A DNA stretch of 39,895 bases. It comes from an uncultured Hellea sp. (GTDB taxonomy: Bacteria; Pseudomonadota; Alphaproteobacteria; Caulobacterales; Maricaulaceae). The position numbers and the translations under genes were made by a program. Location of the stretch: positions 5,528-45,422 of the forward strand of contig CAYQNQ010000003.1 of NCBI GenBank assembly GCA_964418815.1. The letters run 5' to 3'. Below, one piece after another: positions 24,758-31,856 of the stretch (positions within the stretch are counted from its first letter, which is position 1; each line of letters begins with the position of its first letter). The notes below the pieces were generated by a model. The model was given only the letters and a program-made list of their open reading frames with translations. It ran no database searches and was not told the DNA's origin.

Positions 24758-25934
24758 TTTTCTCTACCCTCAAATGTCTGATGGCTCGCAGAACGATTTC
24801 GTCCGGATTAAACGGCTTGGTTATGTAGTCGGTTGCGCCTCGCTCTAACCAAGTAATGGCATCATCCTTGTTGGTCATGGCGGTGACGAGCATAACAGGA
24901 ATGGATTTAAGGCTAATTTCCTGCTGAATCTGATACAGGACAGCCCCGCCTTCCAGTCGCGGCATCATCCGGTCCAATACAATAAGGTCCGGCTTTTGAT
25001 TGCGCAGATATTCCAGACCCTCAATGCCGTCATTTGCCGTATCGACACGAATTCCGTAGGCTTCAAACCGGCTTTTCAGGAGATCTCGAACGGCTTTGTC
25101 ATCATCGACAATCAGGACGTGATGCTGCGATTTTTTAAGCAGTTCCTTGGCATGATTGAGAATAGGCTCAATCTCGCGATTTTTTTCGAAACAATCGGTT
25201 ACGCCAGCCTGAACAGCCGCCACGATCTCGTCCGGATCATCGCTACTCATAATCATAATGACCGGTGTTTGGGACAGGCCTTCAACATTTCGAATAAAGC
25301 GAGTCATATCGATCCCTGTCATGTCTTTGAGGGACTGCTCTGTGATAACAAGGTCCGGATTGTTATTGACTGCAATGGCCATGGCCTGATGCGCGCTGCC
25401 AATTGCGACGACCTCATAGTCAGCTGACATGAGCGTTTGAAACGTTTCCAGCATGGCCGGATCGCTGTGAACAAGTAAAACCGAGGGCTTTTGGCCATTA
25501 GAGCCAAGGCCCCCGGTTTTGATCGAGACAGTTTTCCAACGGTCAGGGGTAGGGTCATGTTGGAAAGATTCTGCCCCAAATTCGGCTTTTTCGGGCATGT
25601 TCACCTGCGCCTGAATTTCATCTATTTTTTGCAGGATTTTCAGGCACAGGGATTGCCCCATGGCCATATTCTGGTTTTGGTCAGAGCTCAGGAAGTTTTC
25701 GAGTTCACGGGCACGGTCTCCGAGGTCTTGGTAACCATACATGAGCGCATTTCCGCTGATTTTATGGGCCATACCCACGGCGGCCATACGGATTTCAGGC
25801 GTGAGATTACGAGCCTTTAATGCCTCAAGAGCCGCCTCGAATTTCGAGCGAGCCACCGCCAGATAGTCCATATAATTCTGGACGGCTTTGTGGTGTTCTT
25901 TTTCGTATGCAGTTTTCACCAATTTACCCTGCAC
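24747..25934 (-). CDS. Hpt domain + degenerate receiver + canonical receiver protein (no output domain)
   Basis: 395 aa with a GTG start. The Hpt-like motif is AHKISGNALMYG. REC1 is VLLVHSDP...DLVITEQ...IMIMSS, with Glu where the phospho-Asp is expected. REC2 is VLIVDDD...DLIVLDRMMP...VTAM...KPF (canonical). Confidence 0.8.
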   Translation of the reverse strand: MQGKLVKTAYEKEHHKAVQNYMDYLAVARSKFEAALEALKARNLTPEIRMAAVGMAHKISGNALMYGYQDLGDRARELENFLSSDQNQNMAMGQSLCLKILQKIDEIQAQVNMPEKAEFGAESFQHDPTPDRWKTVSIKTGGLGSNGQKPSVLLVHSDPAMLETFQTLMSADYEVVAIGSAHQAMAIAVNNNPDLVITEQSLKDMTGIDMTRFIRNVEGLSQTPVIMIMSSDDPDEIVAAVQAGVTDCFEKNREIEPILNHAKELLKKSQHHVLIVDDDKAVRDLLKSRFEAYGIRVDTANDGIEGLEYLRNQKPDLIVLDRMMPRLEGGAVLYQIQQEISLKSIPVMLVTAMTNKDDAITWLERGATDYITKPFNPDEIVLRAIRHLRVEKNAA

Positions 25935-26101
25935 GCTGTGTGCACCCTCACAGCATGACCCTAACCGAGACAGAACTTAGCAAAAGAAGGTTTATTCGCC
26001 GTTTAGAGGCGTAGTTAATTTTCCGTATAATTCAGTCTATAGCGGGCTTGCGGTCAGTCGGTGATAGGCCTAAACCCCGAGCATAAATCTGGACCTTTTA
26101 C

Positions 26102-27583
26102 ATGTCGAAAAAGAAAAACAAGCCAAACCGTCCCAAGGCCCGGCGCCCGCGCGGTTTTGAAGACAAACCTTCTGATCTTCTTCGGGCGGAGCGTCGCCTC
26201 ATAGAGGCTGCCTTTTCCGTGTATGACAAACACGGATTTGAGCCTTTGCAAACGCCCGCCTTCGAGTATGCGGATGTTCTGGGAAAGTTTTTACCGGATG
26301 AAGACCGTCCCAATACTGGCGTCTTTGCTCTCAGGGATGATGATGAACAGTGGATGTCGCTTCGGTATGATTTGACGGCCCCGCTGGCACGATTTGTGGC
26401 GGAAAATTATGACGCCCTGGCTAAACCATATCGCCGCTATCAGGCTGGAAGTGTCTTTCGCAATGAAAAACCGGGGCCGGGCCGTTTCCGCGAATTCGTT
26501 CAATGTGATGCAGATAGTGTCGGCGCGCCCGGCGCAGCGGCGGATGCAGAAATGATATTATTGGCTGCCGATGTGATGGCGGCAACCGGTTTGAAGCCCG
26601 GGCAGTATCAAGTGCGCGTCAATAACCGCAAACTATTAGACGGAATCCTGGAAAATACGGGCGTGCCAAATACGCAGGAGGGCAGTCTACAGCGCCTGCA
26701 GGTCCTTCGGGCCATTGATAAGTTGGACCGCTTGGGCCGGGAGGGTGTTGAAGCTCTGCTTGGTGAAGGCCGGGAAGACGACAGCGGAGATTACACGAAA
26801 GGTGCCATGCTGGCCCCGAAAGCCATAGACGCGGTTTTAGGGTTTACCACAGCCAGCGACCCAGACCGCGGGCAAACCATTCAGAACTTGGAAAAGCTTG
26901 TGGGACAGTCGGAACGCGGCCTTGCCGGCTGTCAGGAACTTAAAGACATCGACCAGATATTGAGCGCCGTCGGTTGCAGCTCCGAAAGGGCGGCTTTCGA
27001 TACATCTATCGTTCGGGGCTTAGGATATTACACCGGCCCGGTCTTTGAGGTGGAATTACTGGCTGATATTAAAGACCGTAAAGGCCGCCCGGTTCGGATT
27101 GGTTCCATCGGAGGCGGTGGCCGCTATGATGATCTGGTCTCCCGGTTTCGCGGTCAATTAGTTCCGGCGACAGGGTTTAGTTTCGGGGTTTCCCGATTGT
27201 TGTCTGCGCTGGAACGACTGGACGCTATTCAGCAAGGTTATCAAGCGCCCGTATTTATTTCCGTACTGGACCGCGCGCTATTGGGTGAGTATTTCAAAAT
27301 GGCCGAAGAAATCCGGACCGAAGGTATTCGGGCCGAAGTTTATGTGGGGACCGGTAATTTAACCAAACAGATGAAATATGCAGATCGGAGAGGGGTCAAA
27401 TTCGCCGTTATTATGGGCGAAGACGAAATGGCTCGCGGAGAGGTAACCGTGAAGGACCTGGTTCTCGGGGCAGAAAAGGCAAAGGCGATTGAATCCAACG
27501 AAGAATGGAAATCTTCGCGGCCGGCGCAGAAGACATTATCACTGGCAAATCTGGTCAATTATCTAAAAGATAATTTATCATAA
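26102..27583 (+). CDS. hisS: Histidine--tRNA ligase
   Basis: 493 aa. Class II motifs are present: LRYDLTAPLARFV, FRNEKPGPGRFREFVQCDADSVG, GGGGRYDDL. A C-terminal anticodon-binding domain is present. The basic N-terminal extension is typical of alpha-type HisS. Confidence 0.9.
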   Translation: MSKKKNKPNRPKARRPRGFEDKPSDLLRAERRLIEAAFSVYDKHGFEPLQTPAFEYADVLGKFLPDEDRPNTGVFALRDDDEQWMSLRYDLTAPLARFVAENYDALAKPYRRYQAGSVFRNEKPGPGRFREFVQCDADSVGAPGAAADAEMILLAADVMAATGLKPGQYQVRVNNRKLLDGILENTGVPNTQEGSLQRLQVLRAIDKLDRLGREGVEALLGEGREDDSGDYTKGAMLAPKAIDAVLGFTTASDPDRGQTIQNLEKLVGQSERGLAGCQELKDIDQILSAVGCSSERAAFDTSIVRGLGYYTGPVFEVELLADIKDRKGRPVRIGSIGGGGRYDDLVSRFRGQLVPATGFSFGVSRLLSALERLDAIQQGYQAPVFISVLDRALLGEYFKMAEEIRTEGIRAEVYVGTGNLTKQMKYADRRGVKFAVIMGEDEMARGEVTVKDLVLGAEKAKAIESNEEWKSSRPAQKTLSLANLVNYLKDNLS

Positions 27584-27624
27584 AAATGGCCCGCATTAAC
27601 GGCCAGTCTGGAGCAACCCGCGCC

Positions 27625-27661
27625 AATAAAGAAAAAACCCTGCCGCGTTAAAACGACAGGG
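27625..27661 (-). terminator. Hairpin with U-tract polarity for the minus strand (or tail-less hisS terminator)
   Basis: CCCTGCCG (27638-27645), loop cgttaaaa, CGACAGGG (27654-27661), with 7 of 8 positions paired. The A-run lies on the plus strand immediately 5' of the hairpin. So the T-run follows the hairpin only on the minus strand. Confidence 0.3.
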
Positions 27662-27751
27662 TCAGTAAGAGAGAGACAACTCATCAATTCGACAAGTTAA
27701 CCGGCATTTACGAGAGAGTGTGTGAATGCTAACTGAACGTTGAGAGGACCT

Positions 27752-28450
27752 ATGAGCCAAAATTTATCTGACATTCAGCTACGTGTAATTCCTGTAACCC
27801 CGCTCCAGCAAAATTGCTCTATGCTATGGGATATAGCGACTATGGAAGGCGTATTTGTTGATCCGGGCGGCGAGCCTGAAAAGCTGCTGAAAACCGCCAA
27901 AGAGGCAGGTGTCACCATTAAGGAGTTATGGCTGACCCATGGTCATCTGGATCACGCGGGGGGCGCCGAGGATATTCGCGCCGAGCTCGGGGTTCCGGTC
28001 ATAGGGCCTCATGAAGATGATCTCTTCTGGCTTGAGCAAATCGAAGCCTCTTATGCCAAATATGGCATGCCTGGTATGGGAAAGGATGTGGTCCCGGATA
28101 GATATTTGAAAGACGGGGACGTTTTAACCTTAGGGAAAATGGAATTTGGCGTGGCTCACACACCCGGCCACACACCGGGCCATGTTGTTATTTACAATAA
28201 GGATCTAAAAATTGCTTTTGTGGGTGATGTACTGTTTCGGGGCAGCATTGGCCGTACGGATTTCCCCAGAGGGGATCATGCGACACTGATCAAATCCATT
28301 CAGGAAAAACTCTGGCCGCTGGGGTCTGATATGCGCTTTGTCCCGGGTCACGGCCCGGCCAGCACATTCGGGCAGGAACGGGCGAATAACCCCTATGTCG
28401 CTGATAATGTCATCGGGACTGCCGGAGAAAATACGACCGGGGTTATGTAA
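27752..28450 (+). CDS. MBL-fold metallo-hydrolase (glyoxalase II-like)
   Basis: 232 aa from the ATG at 27752 (SD GAGGA). It carries the metallo-beta-lactamase motif THGHLDHAGG, plus a later HTPGHTPGH and a GDVLFRGSIGRTDFP segment. Confidence 0.85.
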   Translation: MSQNLSDIQLRVIPVTPLQQNCSMLWDIATMEGVFVDPGGEPEKLLKTAKEAGVTIKELWLTHGHLDHAGGAEDIRAELGVPVIGPHEDDLFWLEQIEASYAKYGMPGMGKDVVPDRYLKDGDVLTLGKMEFGVAHTPGHTPGHVVIYNKDLKIAFVGDVLFRGSIGRTDFPRGDHATLIKSIQEKLWPLGSDMRFVPGHGPASTFGQERANNPYVADNVIGTAGENTTGVM

Positions 28451-28451
28451 A

Positions 28452-29033
28452 TTGAAAGCCCAGAACCGAAAATTTGTGAAAATCTGTCTGGATTCGCTAC
28501 CGCTCCAAAACCCGGTCTACGAATTTGGAGCCTTGCAAGTTCATGAAGCTGAAACCGACAAGAAGTACATCAAGGATCTTATTGCGCCAAAGCATGAATA
28601 TGTGGGGTGCGATATGCGCCCCGGGCCGGGCGTCGATCAGGTTCAAAACCTGCACAAACTTGATATCGGAGATGGCATTGTCGGGAGTATATTTTCATTG
28701 GATACGCTTGAGCATGTCGAATATCCCCGCAGAGCTGTAAGAGAAATGCACCGTGTTCTGGCTCCAAATGGAATTCTAATCATGAGTTCCGTGTTCGAAT
28801 TTCCAATCCATGGATATCCCAGCGACTATTGGCGGTTTACCCCCAATGCCTTTCGATCCCTTATGAAAATTTTTGCCGAGTGCCGAGTTTATTCATTTGG
28901 CCCCAGTGAAACACGGCCTCAGGTCGTGATTGGGGTCGGATTCAAAACCAAACCTGGCGACATATCCACATTCGAAAAAAAGGCTGAAAATTGGGAAATC
29001 TGGCATAACAAGCTCTCCAGAAAGCCAATGTAA
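28452..29033 (+). CDS. Class I SAM-dependent methyltransferase (Methyltransf_11-like); start uncertain (TTG 28452 or GTG 28476)
   Basis: Motif I-like VYEFGAL, then YVGCDMRPGPGVD, SIFSLDTLEHVEYPRRAVREMHRVLAPNGILIMS. The ORF-track start at 28338 would overlap the MBL gene by 113 nt and adds no recognisable domain. Confidence 0.7.
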   Translation: MKAQNRKFVKICLDSLPLQNPVYEFGALQVHEAETDKKYIKDLIAPKHEYVGCDMRPGPGVDQVQNLHKLDIGDGIVGSIFSLDTLEHVEYPRRAVREMHRVLAPNGILIMSSVFEFPIHGYPSDYWRFTPNAFRSLMKIFAECRVYSFGPSETRPQVVIGVGFKTKPGDISTFEKKAENWEIWHNKLSRKPM

Positions 29034-29042
29034 ACGCCCAAA

Positions 29043-29321
29043 TCAGATTGACCCTGCCGCCTTTTCCATGGCTTCGGCCAGCTTTATGTCTTTTTCCGTT
29101 ACCCCGCCGGCATCATGGGTCGTGAGAGTCACATCAACGCGGTTATAGACGTTAAACCATTCCGGGTGATGGTCCATTTTATCTGCAACAATGGCAATAC
29201 GGGTCATAAATCCAAAAGCTGCGGCGAAATCCTCAAACCGGAAGACTTTGGTTATAAAGTCGTCGCCGCCCGTCCATCCTTCCAGTTTGGCGGCAACATC
29301 TTTTGGATTTAATACGGTCAT
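29043..29321 (-). CDS. phhB: 4a-hydroxytetrahydrobiopterin (pterin-4a-carbinolamine) dehydratase
   Basis: 92 aa from the ATG at 29321. It has the PCD/DCoH signature [31 protein letters not shown]. Confidence 0.85.
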   Translation of the reverse strand: MTVLNPKDVAAKLEGWTGGDDFITKVFRFEDFAAAFGFMTRIAIVADKMDHHPEWFNVYNRVDVTLTTHDAGGVTEKDIKLAEAMEKAAGSI

Positions 29322-29382
29322 AATTTGGCCCAAGTAGAGTTTCAAATAGGTTAGGTCTTATTTAGACTTATCCGTTAAATAG

Positions 29383-29823
29383 ATGATCCTCAAGTTATCA
29401 AAGGCGCAAACCCGCATGATAAAATTTCCCAAATGGCGAAATACGGCCTTTCCGCGACCCCGCTCAAATTGGCTGATTGCCCTGGGCTGGGCTGTCCTGG
29501 TCGTTAGTTTTGGGCTGATTTCCACGATTTCCATGATGAGCGTTACGGCCCCGCCCAGCGGCGGCAATATCGATAAGGTACTTCATATTCTGGCTTATGC
29601 AGTTTTGACCTTCGGAATGGTCTTTGCGCTGCCGAAACGGTCGCTCGTTTTGATATTTTTCAGCAGCTTTTGTTTTGGGCTAATTATTGAATTCATGCAG
29701 GGAACTTTGAGCGCAAACCGGACGGCATCCTGGGCGGATGCACTGGCAAATGGCATCGGCGCGCTTGGAATCATCGTGTTTTGGGTGTGGATATGTCCCC
29801 GTTTGAAACACAATCTCGCCTAG
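29383..29823 (+). CDS. VanZ-like family membrane protein (start uncertain: 29383 or 29416)
   Basis: 146 aa with four TM segments. It has DKVLHILAYAVLTF and the C-terminal IEFMQG...R.ASWADALANGIGA pattern typical of VanZ-like proteins. Confidence 0.65.
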   Translation: MILKLSKAQTRMIKFPKWRNTAFPRPRSNWLIALGWAVLVVSFGLISTISMMSVTAPPSGGNIDKVLHILAYAVLTFGMVFALPKRSLVLIFFSSFCFGLIIEFMQGTLSANRTASWADALANGIGALGIIVFWVWICPRLKHNLA

Positions 29824-29982
29824 CGCGATAAGCCCGATTCCCACTCATCAATGGCGCTAAGCCATTAGAAAAAGGCATGCTATTTGCTATAATCAACTGC
29901 ATGAACAGTTTGTAAAGACGTGCTTTTTCAAATATTTTGAATGTACCTCAAACTAAATATATAGAAGGTGAGTGGGGTTTTT

Positions 29983-31284
29983 ATGTCCAAAATACTCAAG
30001 AAATCCGGACTATTGGCTGTATCTATTACGGCTATTAGTTCTATATCAGCTATTGCTGGCGGCGGCCATGTTCCGCCCCTGCCAAGCGCTATTCCAGCCA
30101 ATCCAAATGCTGGTGAATGCTATACCCGCGTAAAGGTTCCGGCCCGTTTTGATGCAAGCCATCAACAAGTCCTGGTTCAGGAAGGCTACACGGAATATCA
30201 GGTGGAGCAGCCCATGATTTCCAGCCGAGCGCAGGAAGTGATGACCAAAGAACCCGGCGTTGAATACCGGGTCCGTCAGCCGCGCTACTCAACTGTAACC
30301 GAGCAAATGATGGTGCGTCCTGCCTATGAAAAACTGCAGGTCTCTCCGCCGGAGTTTCAAACCAGAACGGAAACTCAGCAGGTTACCGGCCCGCGCCTCG
30401 TCTGGAAAAAAGGAAATCCAGCGACCTTGCGCGCCCAAGGTTATGTTATCCACTCCACAGCAGATGGCGGTCCTCATGGACAGGGCTATCACTCTACAAC
30501 GCAATATGGCGCTTCGCGTTCCGAAGCGACGCTTTGTGGTAATTCTTGCGAAATCTGGTGCCTCGTGGAAGAGCCGGGTCAATCGGTTAGTTTTACACGC
30601 CGGGTCATGACAAAACCGTCCACGGTTCACCGCGTACCGGTTGCGGCCAAATATCAGTCAATTACCAAGCAGGTTCTGGTGGATCCGGGCGGCGTCGAGG
30701 AAATTCCGATTCCGGCCCAGTATCAAACGGTCATGGTTGAGGATGTTTTGCCGGCCCGCGCTTTCGTAGGACAGGAAGTCCCGGCGCAGTATGACAATGT
30801 ATCCGTTCAGGTCCCTGTCGAAGACGAGCGTTGGGAATGGCGCCGTGTGGTTTGCGAAACCGGAACTTATCTGGAGCCGAATCCAACCGCGCCGACTTAC
30901 TCTCACAGTTCATCCAGCTATAGCGGTCATTCTTCCGGTTATGTAGCGCCGCCTGCAACCCATGCACCGGCTCCAGCGCGGACTTATCAGCGTCAAAGCG
31001 GAACACACTATGATTATGAAGGCGTCGTTTGCGGTGATAGCCGCAAAGGCGATTGTTACGGCAAAGATGTTATAGACGCCTATAACCGCAGCCAGAGCCG
31101 GCAAGGCCACAGCCGTTCCGGCGGCGCGCAGCATCACAGCGGTAGCTATTCAGGCGGACATTCGCAAGGAAGCTATAGCAGCGGAACGACCTATGATCGG
31201 GCCCAAGGCTATTACAATGACGCCCGCCGGGCTCACGGTGCCTATGAAGATGTTAAACGGCGCAAACGGGGCCGCCGCCGATAA
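29983..31284 (+). CDS. Secreted repeat protein of unknown function with a Ser/Gly/His/Tyr-rich tail and polybasic C-terminus
   Basis: 433 aa from the ATG at 29983 (SD GGTGAG/GGGG). It has a signal-peptide-like N-terminus (LLAVSITAISSISAIAGG). At least seven copies of a P-x-x-[YF]-x-x-[VIT]...V unit are present. A low-complexity tail follows, and the protein ends KRRKRGRRR. Confidence 0.7.
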   Translation: MSKILKKSGLLAVSITAISSISAIAGGGHVPPLPSAIPANPNAGECYTRVKVPARFDASHQQVLVQEGYTEYQVEQPMISSRAQEVMTKEPGVEYRVRQPRYSTVTEQMMVRPAYEKLQVSPPEFQTRTETQQVTGPRLVWKKGNPATLRAQGYVIHSTADGGPHGQGYHSTTQYGASRSEATLCGNSCEIWCLVEEPGQSVSFTRRVMTKPSTVHRVPVAAKYQSITKQVLVDPGGVEEIPIPAQYQTVMVEDVLPARAFVGQEVPAQYDNVSVQVPVEDERWEWRRVVCETGTYLEPNPTAPTYSHSSSSYSGHSSGYVAPPATHAPAPARTYQRQSGTHYDYEGVVCGDSRKGDCYGKDVIDAYNRSQSRQGHSRSGGAQHHSGSYSGGHSQGSYSSGTTYDRAQGYYNDARRAHGAYEDVKRRKRGRRR

Positions 31285-31314
31285 ACATTAAATATAAGAC
31301 TAAATATTTCAAAG

Positions 31315-31336
31315 CCCTCCATTGAGAGGGTTTTTT
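31315..31336 (+). terminator. Rho-independent terminator between convergent genes
   Basis: CCCTC (31315-31319), loop cattga, GAGGG (31326-31330), then TTTTTT (31331-31336). The T-run overlaps the stop codon of the convergent GNAT gene. Confidence 0.6.
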
Positions 31337-31856
31337 ATAGGGTCTTTAACAGGATCCATTCATCGTCGAGATGATCTCCTACCGGGAACTGATACTCACC
31401 TATTTTTTCAAATCCATTTCGCTCGTAAAATCTATGTCCGGCAAAGTTTTCCGACCAAACACTCAAGACCATATTTTTGAAACCCAGCCCTTGGGCATGA
31501 GGCACAGCCCAGTCTAGTAGCTTCTGACCTATTCCCTGACTTTGATGGTTGGACCTAATATACAGCCTTGTAAGTTCAACGCTATTTTGCACAGGAGGAT
31601 CACAGGGCAGATGATTGGGACCCAGAGAAATATATCCGACGAGTTCTGTGGCGGTTTGTGCCACCGAGATGTGATGTGCGGTGTCTTTGATATCTCTTCG
31701 GTAGGCTGTTTCCGAATGGTTTTTATTGACAAAAAATGACAAATCTTTGGCGCTATATAAGTGTCCAAAGCTTTCGGTAAAAGTAACGGCCCCAAGCTCT
31801 GAAAGCGGGGCCGCTAGTTCATCTATGTCCGTTATGTCTACCGGACGGATGATCAT
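31335..31856 (-). CDS. GNAT family N-acetyltransferase
   Basis: 173 aa. The acetyl-CoA binding motif is QSQGIGQKLLDWAV (Q/R-x-x-G-x-G/A), followed by A..FYERNGFEKIG. Confidence 0.8.
   Translation of the reverse strand: MIIRPVDITDIDELAAPLSELGAVTFTESFGHLYSAKDLSFFVNKNHSETAYRRDIKDTAHHISVAQTATELVGYISLGPNHLPCDPPVQNSVELTRLYIRSNHQSQGIGQKLLDWAVPHAQGLGFKNMVLSVWSENFAGHRFYERNGFEKIGEYQFPVGDHLDDEWILLKTL

Noticed and set aside
28338-28451. Apparent 113-nt overlap between the MBL hydrolase gene and the methyltransferase ORF
   Set aside because: The overlap is only the upstream open extension of the methyltransferase frame. In-frame TTG (28452) and GTG (28476) starts lie just after the MBL stop and still precede the first methyltransferase motif.
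29043-29321. phhB (pterin-4a-carbinolamine dehydratase) without an adjacent phenylalanine hydroxylase gene
   Set aside because: Stand-alone PCD/DCoH genes are common in bacteria. The aromatic aminotransferase 4 kb away is not evidence of a phh operon, so this is not unusual enough to report.
29927-29941. AT-rich palindrome TTCAAA-tat-TTTGAA upstream of the secreted repeat protein gene
   Set aside because: It is a short 6-bp arm in an AT-rich promoter region and is easily produced by chance. There is no second copy elsewhere in the window.
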